Shown: piece by piece, positions 39,247 to 49,772 of the stretch
Layout of the letters: the number at the start of each line of letters is the position of its first letter
Numbering within the stretch: the first letter of the stretch is position 1
Source: an uncultured Chloroflexia bacterium
Lineage (GTDB): Bacteria; Chloroflexota; Limnocylindria; Limnocylindrales; CSP1-4
Direction: 5' to 3'
NCBI GenBank assembly: GCA_963819655.1
Contig: CAWFXA010000003.1
Span: 1-64,000 of the forward strand
DNA length: 64,000 nucleotides
Made by a program: the position numbers and the translations under genes
The notes under the pieces: model-generated
The model's database searches: none
What the model saw: only the letters and a program-made list of their open reading frames with translations
Told to the model about the DNA's origin: nothing

Positions 39247-42036
39247 CTACTGGGTGGAGATGCGCTCCGCGAGCGTCGCCAGCATGGCCATCGCCGCGCC
39301 GGGGCGCTCGCGCAGGATCGCCCGGAGGCCGTCGCCGCCGACCACGAGTCCATGCACATCGCCGACGGCGATCACCGTCGCGGCGCGTGGGCGGTCGCGC
39401 AGGACGGCGAGCTCGCCGATATGCTCGCCCGCTTGATAGCTCCGGACGAAACGTTCTCCGCCGTCGGCGGTCGCGTGGACGACGCGAACCGAGCCCTCGA
39501 CGATCACCACGAGCTCATCGCCGACGTCTCCCTCGCGCATGAGCGCGCTGTCCGCCGGATAGTCCCGCTCCGTCGCGACCAGCGCGATCCGTTGCAGGTC
39601 CTCCGGCTCGAGGCCGGCGAACAGCGGGATCTTGCGCAGGAGCAGCATCCTGTCGAACTCGGTCGACACCCGGTCGTCTGTCGTCATCGTCGCCTCGTGC
39701 GCGCCGGTCGTGAGCGATGCATGGACGGTCCTGCTCAGCCTGGCGATCCAGCTGTCGTCATCTTGCGTCAGCCGTTCGAGCGCCGCCATCGGATCCGGAC
39801 TGGTTTCCTCCGACACGGCCTCGAGACAGGCGGTCAGCGCGTGCCCGAGGCTTCGGTCGCCGAGCGAGTCGAGCGCCTCGATCGCCTGCGCTCGGGCGTC
39901 CTGGTCGGGCGACCGCAGCGAGCGCCGCATCAGGCCGCCGGCCGTCGGTGCACCGACCGCGACGAGTGCGGCGATCGCACGGTCCTCGGCACGTCGCGCA
40001 CGCTGAGAGACGACCGTCTCGAGGAAGCCAATCTCCTCGCCGCGGGCCGGCAAGGCGGCGACCGCGCCGTGTGCCCGGTGGAGGTCCTCTGCGCGGCCGA
40101 TCTGGTCCCTGGCCCATGACAGGAGATCCGCGTGGACCTCGTCCGCGTGGCTCGCGACGGCGACTAGCGCCGCGTCCTGCGCTCGCGGCGAGCCCGAGCG
40201 GATGACGGTCACGAGACCGGGGCCGGCCCCCGATCGATCGGCCAGTGCGATGGCGGCCGCCGACCGGACCGCGTGGGCGTCGTCGTCGAGCGAGCTGAGA
40301 AGCACGGCCGTCGGGGCGGCTTCCTCCCGGTCGTTCCGAGCCGATAAGGCCCGGATCGCCCCCGCCCGGACCGCTGGGTTCGCATCGCCGAGGAATGGCG
40401 TCACGAGGTCCGACGGCACGCGACCCGGGACGCGAGACGCTGCTCCGAGACCTGCCACCTGGTCATCGGGGTCTCGTGACGCCAGCAGGGACGCGATCAT
40501 CGTCCCGGGACGAACGTCAGCCGGATCGCCTGCGAGCGCGGCCGCGACTTCCGCGCGGACACCGGGCGACGGATCGTCAACCAGCCCGCCAAGCCGCTCT
40601 CGCTCGTCCGGACGGAGAGGGCCGGCGCGCCCCATCAATGCCGCGGCCAATCGCCTCGTGTCTGGATCAGGGTCGGCGAGGGCGGTCACCAGCGCGAGCC
40701 GGACGTCGGGTCGGTCGAGGGCGGCAGGCAGACCCGGACCTCCCTCGAGCACCTGCTCGGCGAGCCCGGATCGGAGGGCGGTGAGCAGGCTGTTGGCATA
40801 CAGCCGCCGGATGCCCAGCACGATGATCGTGGCGATGACCGCCGTGACCAGTCCGAGCCAGAAGACCGGGTCGAGCCCGCTGAGGTTCGCCGCGAGCAGG
40901 AGCAGCACGCCGGAGAGCACCGTCCCGACCTGGCCGGGCACGCCGTCGTTGAACGCGAGGACCTGTGCCCGCCGGTTCGATGGGACGACGTTGTAGAACG
41001 CGCTCCAGGCGGCATTCGAGATGCCGCGCTGCGTCACCTGCTGGGCGAACCGGAACGCGGCCGCGGTCGCGAAGGAGAACTGGAGGAGCCAGGCCGCGAA
41101 CCCGACGACGTACACGAGCGGCAGGGCGAGGGCCCCTGCCGAGATGCCGAAGCGCGCGTACAGGCGGTTCGCGACTGTCAACGACACGATGAACGATATG
41201 GCGGTCACGGCGGTCGACAACAGACCGAGCGCGGTCGCGAGCTGGACCTTGTCCGGGAACTCGCTCGAGGCGGCGATCATGAACGGGAACGACACCGAGA
41301 ACAGCAGGACCGCGAGCAGGACGTACGCGAGCGCAACCAGCCGCATCAGCGGTGACCTGAGCACGGTGTCGAAGCCGGTCCGCAGGTCGGTGACCACCGA
41401 CGATCGACCGGCCGGCAGCACCGCTCGCGCACGCGGCCGCGGAAGCCGGGCGAGCAGGCCGGCCGCGAGCACGAGCAGGACCGCCTGCACGACGATGAGC
41501 GACTCGACGCTCACGATCCCGGCCACGGGACCGGCAAACAGCGTCCCGAGGAAGCTCCCGGCGATCGCCGCGCTGGTCAGGAGCGGAAAGAGGCGCTTTG
41601 CCTGGCGGGCATCGAACGTGGCGCCGCTGACGGTCCACGCGATCGTGAAGTTGATCGTGCTCGAGGCGAAGACGGTAAGCCAGACCAACGGCACGAGCTC
41701 GGTCGCGCCCATGGCGAGCCCGATCCGTAGGGCCACGAGTAGGGCGCCCACGGAGACGAGGACACCGATGTACAGCGGGACTCTCGGCAGCCGACCAAGG
41801 GCGACCGCATAGCCGAGTGACACGACGAACCCGACGATCCCGAGCGCGATGTACAGGTAGGGTAGGGTCGTCGGCAACGTCTCGGGCCCGAACCGCGCGA
41901 GCACGAGCGCGTCCGCCCCGACCTCGCCGATCCCACGGGCGCCTTCGAGGGTGGCGAACAGCGCCGCCACACCGCCGACGAGCCGGCCCTCGCCGGGCCG
42001 GACCGCGAGGACGCGCGCGAAGCGGACCGGGTCCAT
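39247..42036 (-). CDS. NTT/Npt-like MFS transporter + HEAT repeats + C-terminal cNMP-binding domain
   Basis: About 12 TMs with FDARQAKRLFPL; HEAT-like LxDPxPxVR repeats; LFAGL...EGDVGD...GELAVL...PRAATV. Confidence 0.82.
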   Translation of the reverse strand: MDPVRFARVLAVRPGEGRLVGGVAALFATLEGARGIGEVGADALVLARFGPETLPTTLPYLYIALGIVGFVVSLGYAVALGRLPRVPLYIGVLVSVGALLVALRIGLAMGATELVPLVWLTVFASSTINFTIAWTVSGATFDARQAKRLFPLLTSAAIAGSFLGTLFAGPVAGIVSVESLIVVQAVLLVLAAGLLARLPRPRARAVLPAGRSSVVTDLRTGFDTVLRSPLMRLVALAYVLLAVLLFSVSFPFMIAASSEFPDKVQLATALGLLSTAVTAISFIVSLTVANRLYARFGISAGALALPLVYVVGFAAWLLQFSFATAAAFRFAQQVTQRGISNAAWSAFYNVVPSNRRAQVLAFNDGVPGQVGTVLSGVLLLLAANLSGLDPVFWLGLVTAVIATIIVLGIRRLYANSLLTALRSGLAEQVLEGGPGLPAALDRPDVRLALVTALADPDPDTRRLAAALMGRAGPLRPDERERLGGLVDDPSPGVRAEVAAALAGDPADVRPGTMIASLLASRDPDDQVAGLGAASRVPGRVPSDLVTPFLGDANPAVRAGAIRALSARNDREEAAPTAVLLSSLDDDAHAVRSAAAIALADRSGAGPGLVTVIRSGSPRAQDAALVAVASHADEVHADLLSWARDQIGRAEDLHRAHGAVAALPARGEEIGFLETVVSQRARRAEDRAIAALVAVGAPTAGGLMRRSLRSPDQDARAQAIEALDSLGDRSLGHALTACLEAVSEETSPDPMAALERLTQDDDSWIARLSRTVHASLTTGAHEATMTTDDRVSTEFDRMLLLRKIPLFAGLEPEDLQRIALVATERDYPADSALMREGDVGDELVVIVEGSVRVVHATADGGERFVRSYQAGEHIGELAVLRDRPRAATVIAVGDVHGLVVGGDGLRAILRERPGAAMAMLATLAERISTQ

Positions 42037-42186
42037 GCCTGCATACCCTACCCACCGTGAGGGTCGGTCATCGACCCTCGGTGCGCTCGCTCCGGCGGCG
42101 CGGCCGCAGCGACACTCGACCGCGATCGCCCGGATGGGCGACACTAGGCCAGTCGCGAGACGACGACCCGCGAAGGAGCAGCGAAC

Positions 42187-43651
42187 GTGGCGAAGGTGAC
42201 GATGCCCCAGCTCGGCGAGAGCGTCGCCGAGGGGACGATCGGCAAGTGGCTCAAGCAGCCGGGCGACCATGTCGACAAGTACGAGCCGCTGCTCGAGGTC
42301 ATCACGGACAAGGTCAACGCCGAGGTCCCGTCGCCGTTCGAGGGGGTCCTCAAGGAGATCCTCGCCGAGGAAGGCGCGACCGTCGCGAACAATGCCGAGA
42401 TCGCCGTGATCGAGACCGCCGACGAGGGTGCATCGACCGGCGGCGCCTCGACCGACGGCAACGGCAGGCCGCTCCGCCGCCGAGCGTCGCCGCACCGGCC
42501 GCGAGCGTCACCGAAGCGGCTCCGACGACCGGTCCCCGTCGAGGCGACAAGCCTCGCCGGATCCGACGAGCCGGCGGCGAAGGCACCGGCTCGCCGCCGC
42601 CGCCGCCACCGCGCCGCCACCGACGGCTACCCAGGCTCCCAGCGCGCAGGGCGATCCCGACGCCCGCATGACCCCTGCCGTTCGGCGCCTGCTGCGCGAA
42701 CACGCCCTGAGCCCCGAGCAGATCGTCGGGACCGGCGGCGGTGGTCGGATCACGCGGGATGACGTCCTGGCCGTGGTCGAAGCCATCCGCACGGGTGGCG
42801 CCGTGCCCGTCCCCGTCGTGGCCCAGGGTGCGCCCGCGACTGCCGCCGCGGCGCCGCCCGCCGACCAGGCAGCGACTCCTGCCCCGACTGCGGGCCCGCG
42901 CGCCGGCCTACCCACCGCGGCATCGATCGAGTTCCCTGAGGGCGCCGACGAAGTCCTCGTGCCGATGACCCAGATGCGCAAGGGCATCGCAGCGCAGATG
43001 ACCCGCGCGCTGCAGGCGCCGCACGCCTACGTCCAGATGGAGATCGACGCCACCCGGCTGGTCGCGATCCGGGAACGTGCCAAGAAGGCGTATCAGGCGA
43101 AGGAGGGCATCTCGTTGAGCTATGTGCCCTTCGTCGTCAAGGCGTCGGCTGAGGCGCTCAAGCGCAACCCGACGTTCAACGCGACCTGGACCGAGGGGGG
43201 CCTGCTCGCGAAGCGGCACATCAACATCGGCGTCGCGGTCGCGGTCGACGACGGCCTGATCGTGCCGGTCATCCGCGACGCGGACACGCTGTCGATCCAC
43301 GGCCTCAACGTCGCGATCACCGATGTCGCGAACCGCGCCCGTGCCAACAAGCTGCGGCTGGACGATTTCGGGGGCGGCACATTCACCGTCGACAACACCG
43401 GCTACCTCGGTACCAATCTCGTGATGCCGATCCTCAACGTTCCCGAGGTCGGGATCGTGACGATGGAGGCGATCACCAAGCGGCCGGTCGTCCAGTCGAC
43501 GCCCGACGGCGACGTGATCGCGATCCGGCCTGTGATGAACATGGTGCTCGGGGTCGACCACCGCGCCAACGACGGCGCGGGCGGGGCGGCGCTGCTCCGC
43601 GACATCAAGGCATGGCTCGAGGCGGTCGGGCCGGAGACACCGATCTACTGA
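42187..43651 (+). CDS. bkdB: Dihydrolipoamide acyltransferase (E2), frameshifted in the Ala/Pro linker
   Basis: MPQLGESV...TDKV lipoyl domain; TPAVRRL..GTGGGGRITR; DHRANDG. AAGGAG RBS. Confidence 0.88.
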
Positions 43652-43690
43652 CCGCCTCCGGGCGGTCGGCCCGCACCGGCCCTGCGCCTG

Positions 43691-44664
43691 ATGCGCGTCT
43701 TCGTCACAGGCGGGGCGGGGTTCATCGGCCGGGCGGTCGCCCGCCGGCTCGCCGCGCGAGGCGATCGGCGTCACCGCCGTCGTCCGCGACCCCGATCAGG
43801 CCACCGAGCTGGCCGAGCTCGGTGTCGAGCTGCGCCGGGGCGACCTCTCACGGACCGCCGCGATCGTCGACGCGATGCGCGGCACCGATTCGGCGATCCA
43901 CCTGGCCGGCATGTACCGGGTCGGGATCCCGGCCAGCGCGCGGCCGGCGATGCATGAGGCCAACGTCGGGACGACCCACCGGGTGCTCGACGCGTTCGCG
44001 ACGGCCGGCCTCGACCGGATGGTCGCGACCTCGACGATCAACGTCGCCGGCAACACGCACGGCCGGATCGTCGACGAGCGCTATCGACGCGACCTCACGG
44101 AAGGCTTCCTCAGCTACTACGACGAGACGAAGTTCCTGTCGCATCGCGCGGTCCAGGAGCGGATCGGATCCGGGGCGAGGATCGTCATCACGATGCCCGG
44201 GACGACGTATGGCCCGAACGATCACTCGCAGATCGGCGAGCAGCTGAAGGGCGCCCACGACGGCACCCTGCGCTACCTCGCGCTCGTCGACCTCGGGATC
44301 TCGCCGCGTCTACGTCGACGACGTGGCGGCCGGCATCGTCGCAGCGCTCGATCGCGGCCGGATCGGCGAGTCGTACTTCCTGGGCGGCCAGAACATGCGT
44401 CTGCGCGACGCGATGGTGATGGCCGCGCGGCTCGGCGGGAGGACGCTGCCCCGCCTCGAGATCCCGACGTTCTTCCTGCGCCTGGGCGCGCGAGCTCCGG
44501 CGGCCGTGGCGCGCGCCGCACGCCTCCCGGACGACCTCGGCGAGGTCCTGCGGTCGACGCTGGGCGTGACCTTCTGGGGCTCGTCGGCCAAGGCTGCGAC
44601 GGAGCTCGGGTACGTGCCGCGAGACCTCGCGAGCGGTCTGCGAGCCACATTCGACGACCGATGA
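43691..44664 (+). CDS. NAD-dependent epimerase/dehydratase, two frameshifts (~43765 and ~44305)
   Basis: VTGGAGFIG; HLAG, YDETK; VDDVAAGI...GESYFLGG spread over three frames. Confidence 0.8.
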
Positions 44665-44734
44665 GCGGCGGCTGTCGCCGAATGCGGTCCGTCGCCACAT
44701 CGAGCGCCCGATCGGTTCGCACTACACTCCGGCC

Positions 44735-45800
44735 ATGACCCGCGAGCTGCCGATGTTCGAGCCGCCGCAGACCGCCGCGTCCTCGCCACACAACGGGCGG
44801 TCGGACCTGCCGATCTCGATCGGTGGTGGCGGCCTGGCCGGCCTGCCCGCGGCGGATGGGTCGGTCGCGCCGCGACGCCACCCGGACTGGATCCGTGCCC
44901 GGCTGCCGTCGGGCGACAACTACCACGACCTCAAGCGCCTGCTGCGCGGGCTGGACCTCAACACGGTCTGCGAGGAGGCCCACTGCCCGAACATCGGGGA
45001 GTGCTGGGACCAGCGCACGGCCACGATCATGATCCTCGGCGACACGTGCACCCGGGCCTGCGGCTTCTGCGCCGTGAAGACGGGCCGCCCGACCTGGTTC
45101 GACGACGACGAGCCGCGGCGGGTGGCCGAGGCGGTCGGCCGCGATGCAGCTCGAGCACGTCGTGGTCACCAGCGTCGCCCGTGACGACCTCCCCGACGGG
45201 GGATCGCGGATCTTCGCCGAGACGATCCTCGCCATGCGCGAGACGAGCCCGGGTATGGGCATCGAGGTGTTGATCCCGGACTTCGACGGATCGGACGACC
45301 GGCTGCAGACCGTCATGCACGCCCGACCGGACATCCTCAACCACAACCTCGAGACCGTCCGGCGCCTCCAGAAGCCGGTCCGCAAGCGTGCGCGCTGGGA
45401 TCGCAGCCTGTACGTCCTGCGCCGCGCTAAGGAGATGGCGCGTGAGATCGGCTTCCCGGTCCATACCAAGTCGAGCCTGATGGTCGGCCTGGGCGAGACA
45501 CGCGACGAGCTCCAGGAGGCGTTCGAGGCGCTGCGCGAGAACGACGTCGATATCCTGACGATCGGCCAGTACCTGCGCCCTTCGATGCGACACCTGCCAT
45601 TGGAGCGCTACTACCACCCGGACGAGTTCGCGGAGATGAAGACCGCGGCGCTGGCGCTCGGGTTCAAGCACGTCGAATCGGCGCCGCTGGTCCGCTCCAG
45701 CTATCACGCTCGTGACCAGGTGCCCGACGCGGAGCTGCGGAACCGTCGACGGCAGGCCACGATCGATGCGGAGGGCCGCATCGTCCCGCTCGCCGGCTGA
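44735..45800 (+). CDS. lipA: Lipoyl synthase, frameshift near 45140
   Basis: [20 protein letters not shown]; then [15 protein letters not shown] and RSSY. Confidence 0.93.
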
Positions 45801-45815
45801 GATCGCCGGCTGACC

Positions 45816-45961
45816 GCTGACGATGTCACCGTGAGTGACGCATTCGCGATGAACGAGCACGAGCCGATCGCTCAGAATGCAGCAATCCGTCGCCTGGGCG
45901 ATCGGACGTGCACGGCTGTAGCGATCGTGTCACTGACGCTGACAATGTCGCCTTGAGTGAC
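45816..45961. repeat. Pair of 24-bp direct repeats flanking a long hairpin
   Basis: gctgacgatgtcaccgtgagtgac (45816) and gctgacaatgtcgccttgagtgac (45938). Confidence 0.55.
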
Positions 45962-46012
45962 ACTCCTCACCCTGACTCGGAACCCTGGGCAGCAGCAAGG
46001 CGTCCGAATGCC

Positions 46013-46696
46013 ATGCCGCGAGCCCTCGCTGCCGCCGCACTCGCCGTCGTCGCGTTCCTCACGAGCGCATGCGCAGGATCCGCACCGGCACCATCGGCCA
46101 CCGCCGCGCCTTCCGCTGCTGCCGAACCGTCCCTGCCCGCCGCCATCGACATGTCTGATGCCCGGACGGCCTGCATCAACCTCGGTTTGGACGACTGCCG
46201 CAGAGTCGTCGCCCAGGTGGCGACGATCGTGCCGCCGGGTTCAGCGGTGACCTACATCCAGGTCGGGCCGTTCGGCTGCGCGGCAGGCGAGGGCTGCGCC
46301 CCGTCACTGGCCGAGCGGCCGGAGGGCGACGTCACGCTCGAAGCCGGGGTCGGCGCACTGTCCTACCACGTGACCGTGTCGAGCGGCTCCGAGCTCACCA
46401 TCGAGCGCCAGGACGCGTTCGGCGTGCTGCTCGGGCCGGAGTCGCAGCCGCCGGTCACCGCCGGGGCGCGGCCGTTCTCCCTGGGTCATTGCGGCCTGTG
46501 GAGCGGGATCGATTCGGGCGGCAGCTGGTGGGATCCCGTCGGCCCCGTCGATGGCGATCATCCGGACGCGATCAACGCGGCAGACGGCACCTTGAGCATC
46601 CAGGATCCGGACCACGCGACATTCACGTCGAAGGGTGGTCTGACGGTCCAGCTGGTCCGTCACGAGGGCGACAAGTACCTGCCGCTCTGCCAGTAG
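46013..46696 (+). CDS. Cys-containing lipoprotein of unknown function
   Basis: Lipobox LTSA-C; paired cysteines; HCG motif; ends PLCQ. Confidence 0.7.
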   Translation: MPRALAAAALAVVAFLTSACAGSAPAPSATAAPSAAAEPSLPAAIDMSDARTACINLGLDDCRRVVAQVATIVPPGSAVTYIQVGPFGCAAGEGCAPSLAERPEGDVTLEAGVGALSYHVTVSSGSELTIERQDAFGVLLGPESQPPVTAGARPFSLGHCGLWSGIDSGGSWWDPVGPVDGDHPDAINAADGTLSIQDPDHATFTSKGGLTVQLVRHEGDKYLPLCQ

Positions 46697-46737
46697 GCCG
46701 CCTGCCGGCGGGCGCTCGCTGAGGCTATCCTTCGGGC

Positions 46738-47790
46738 ATGGCCCGGCAGCTCTCCCGCAAGATCCCCCTCGCGGAGCTGCATTGTCACCTCGGTGGGGCG
46801 GTCACCCCGGCGATCATGTGGGGCATCGCCCACGCGCAGGGCATCAAGCTCCCGACGAAGGACTACTGGCAATTCCGGGACATGATCACGGTCTCGAAGC
46901 GGACCCAGAGCTTCGACGGCTACCTGCAGCTGTTCCACTGGACCGAGCTCATCCAGAGCTCACCAATCGCGGTCGAGCGAGCCGTGTACGAGGTCGTCGG
47001 CGGCGCATACCGCAAGAACAACATCACGACGATGGAGCTGCGCTTCAACCCGATGAAGCGGAACAGGGGCGGCGAGCAGGATCTCGACCACATCATCGCG
47101 GCGGCCCTGCGCGGGATGGACAAGGCCACTCTCGAATACCCGGTCAAGCCCGGGCTGATCTTCTGCCTCGATCGGGCGTTCCCGTACGAGCTCAACGAGA
47201 TCATCGCGGAGAAGGCGATCGGCTGGCGAGACCGTGGCGTCGTGGGCATCGATATCGCCGGCCCCGAGGCATCGACCTTCCGTGTCGCCGACTACCGGCG
47301 TCTCTTCCGGCGAGTCCGCCAGTTCGGGCTCGGTATCACGGTCCACACCGGCGAGGCCGGCCCCGTCGATGAGATCTCCCGCGTCGTCGAGCTGCTCGAG
47401 CCCGATCGCATCGGGCATGGCGTGAAGGCCGCCTACGACCCGCGCGCGATGGAGATGATCCGCGAGCGCGGCATCGTCCTCGAGATCTGCCCGACCTCCA
47501 ACCTGAACACACGGGTCGTGTCGGGCTGGGACGAATTCCGCTGGATCTTCGACACGTTCCGGCGCAACGGCGTCCGGTTCACGATCAACACCGACGGACC
47601 CGAGATGCTCAAGACCTACATCCGCGACGAGATGGCGACGCTCGGCCGGCTGGGCATCCTGTCGGTCGACGACCAGGAGCAGGCCGCGGCCACGTCGCTC
47701 GCTGCCTCGTTCGTGCCGAATGTGTCGGACGTGCCGGCGCCGCGACTCGCACCCGCGTCGCGGGGAACGGTGGAGCGGGAGGAGGCCTGA
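46738..47790 (+). CDS. add: Adenosine deaminase family protein
   Basis: ELHCHLGG, HTGE, RIGHG, CPTSN and NTDGP motifs. Confidence 0.85.
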   Translation: MARQLSRKIPLAELHCHLGGAVTPAIMWGIAHAQGIKLPTKDYWQFRDMITVSKRTQSFDGYLQLFHWTELIQSSPIAVERAVYEVVGGAYRKNNITTMELRFNPMKRNRGGEQDLDHIIAAALRGMDKATLEYPVKPGLIFCLDRAFPYELNEIIAEKAIGWRDRGVVGIDIAGPEASTFRVADYRRLFRRVRQFGLGITVHTGEAGPVDEISRVVELLEPDRIGHGVKAAYDPRAMEMIRERGIVLEICPTSNLNTRVVSGWDEFRWIFDTFRRNGVRFTINTDGPEMLKTYIRDEMATLGRLGILSVDDQEQAAATSLAASFVPNVSDVPAPRLAPASRGTVEREEA

Positions 47791-47818
47791 CCGAATCAGC
47801 CTCCGGTCGAGCGTCCCA

Positions 47819-48589
47819 TCAGTCGGACGCGCCCCCGATCCGGTACGTGCAGCAGCGATCGCCTGCGGCGATGTGGGTCTCGCGCTCGACGTCGACGCCG
47901 AGGACATCACGGAAGAGATCGAGCTCCGCCTGGCAGGCCGCCGCATTGTCCGCGGCGACGTGGTGGATCGCACAGTTGCGCTCGACCAGGCGGATGACGC
48001 CGTCGGCACCGATCAGGGCCTCTGCGAGATACCCCTGTTCGTCCTGGATCACCGCCAGCTCTCTCGCCCTGTCGACCAAGGGCGCGTCGGCCGGCAGGCG
48101 GTCGACCAGGCGCTGACGGACCCGGTCGCTCGTCCGCCGCCGCCGCTCGTCGAAGACATCGTCGACCAGCCCTTCGCCGCCGATGGCGCGGATGGCGGCT
48201 AGCAGGCCGTTTGCGAGGCCGTCGTAGTTGGTCGGGAACAGATCCTGGGCGGCGTCGGTGACGTCGTAGACATGGCGGGGCCGGCCGACACCGTGACGCA
48301 CGGCTCGACGGCTCACCAGGCCGGCCGCCTCCAGCGCGTGGAGCTGCTGCAGGACGCCGGTCCGACTCGCGCCGAGCCCCGCCGCCAGGTCCTCGGGTGC
48401 TGACGGTCCGTCCTGGCGGAGGAGCAGCAGCAGGTTGCGACGAAGTGCCGACGACCCGGCGATGCCGTCGAACTGGGCGAGCGACCCACGTTCCCCGCGA
48501 GGCTCGGTGACGGCGGGGCGTCGGGCGCCCTCGAAGCGCTGCGCGGCTCGGGCATGGTCCGGGAAGGCTAGCACCGGGACCCGGGTCAT
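47819..48589 (-). CDS. SufR-like HTH transcriptional regulator (start possibly 48555 with a frameshift)
   Basis: wHTH with [10 protein letters not shown]; C-x12-C-x2-E and C-terminal GDRCC. Confidence 0.8.
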   Translation of the reverse strand: MTRVPVLAFPDHARAAQRFEGARRPAVTEPRGERGSLAQFDGIAGSSALRRNLLLLLRQDGPSAPEDLAAGLGASRTGVLQQLHALEAAGLVSRRAVRHGVGRPRHVYDVTDAAQDLFPTNYDGLANGLLAAIRAIGGEGLVDDVFDERRRRTSDRVRQRLVDRLPADAPLVDRARELAVIQDEQGYLAEALIGADGVIRLVERNCAIHHVAADNAAACQAELDLFRDVLGVDVERETHIAAGDRCCTYRIGGASD

Positions 48590-48612
48590 GCTGCGGTGAT
48601 AGGCTCGGGCCG

Positions 48613-49767
48613 ATGGACCTCGACCTCGCCCCGGAGCACGCCCTGCTGCGTGACACCATCCGGGACTTCATGCAGACCGAGGTCGCGCCGGTCGTCGAGG
48701 AACACGAGCGCGAGCGACGCTTCCCCACCGACATCGTGCGGCGGATCGGCGAGCTCGGCTGGCTGGGCATCCCGATCCCCGAGGACGAGGGCGGGGCCGG
48801 CCTCGACACGCTGGCCTACGCGATCGCGATCGAGGAGATCGGCCGCGTGTGGGGTTCGCTCGGGCTCATCGTCGCAGCCCACACGAGCCTCGGTTGCGGG
48901 CCCATCCACCTGGTCGGCACGGACGAGCAGAAGCAGCGCTACCTCGTCCCGATGGCGAGCGGCCATGTCCTGGGCGCGTACGGGCTGACCGAGCCGGGCG
49001 CGGGCTCCGACGCCGGCGGGACGAGGACGACCGCGCGGCTCGATGGCGATTCGTGGGTTCTCGATGGCGCCAAGCGCTTCATCACGAATGCCGGGCACGC
49101 CGGCACCTACGTGATCACGGCCAAGACCGGCACGACCGACAAGGGCGACGCGGAGATCAGCGCGTTCATCGTCCCGGCCGACACGCCGGGGTTCAGCGTC
49201 GGGCGTCTGGAGGACAAGCTGGGCCTGCACGCGTCGGCGACCGGCGAGCTCCGCTTCGAGGGCGCACGGATCCCTGCCTCGAACATGCTCGGTCCACAGG
49301 GCGACGGCTTCAGGACGTTCCTCAAGATCCTCGACGGCGGGCGGATCTCGATCGGCGCCCTGGCCGTCGGCCTGGCCCAGGCCGCGCTCGACGCGAGCAT
49401 CCCCTACGCGCAGTCGCGCGAGCAGTTCGGCCGGCCGATCGGCACGTTCCAGGGCGTCGCCTTCATGGTCGCCGACATGGCGACCGAGATCGACGCGGCA
49501 CGATCTCTCATCTGGAGGGCAGCCTGGCTCAAGGACCAGGGCCGGGACTACGGCCTTGTCGCCGCGGAGGGCAAGCTGTTCGCCTCGGAGGTGAGTGCCC
49601 GCGCCACGAACGCCGCCATCCAGATCCATGGCGGCTACGGGTACACGACCGATTATCCGGTCGAGCGCTTCATGCGCGATGCGAAGCTGACCGAGATCGG
49701 GGAGGGGACGAGCCAGGTGCAACGCCTGGTCATCGCGCGGAAGGTCCTCGGTCTGCGCGTCGTCTGA
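48613..49767 (+). CDS. Acyl-CoA dehydrogenase
   Basis: [31 protein letters not shown] and IGEGT motifs. Confidence 0.92.
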   Translation: MDLDLAPEHALLRDTIRDFMQTEVAPVVEEHERERRFPTDIVRRIGELGWLGIPIPEDEGGAGLDTLAYAIAIEEIGRVWGSLGLIVAAHTSLGCGPIHLVGTDEQKQRYLVPMASGHVLGAYGLTEPGAGSDAGGTRTTARLDGDSWVLDGAKRFITNAGHAGTYVITAKTGTTDKGDAEISAFIVPADTPGFSVGRLEDKLGLHASATGELRFEGARIPASNMLGPQGDGFRTFLKILDGGRISIGALAVGLAQAALDASIPYAQSREQFGRPIGTFQGVAFMVADMATEIDAARSLIWRAAWLKDQGRDYGLVAAEGKLFASEVSARATNAAIQIHGGYGYTTDYPVERFMRDAKLTEIGEGTSQVQRLVIARKVLGLRVV

Positions 49768-49772
49768 CGCCC

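Noticed and set aside
45816-45961. Mini-CRISPR or integron attC
   Set aside because: Only two repeats with a 98-nt spacer, and no RYYYAAC/GTTRRRY ends.
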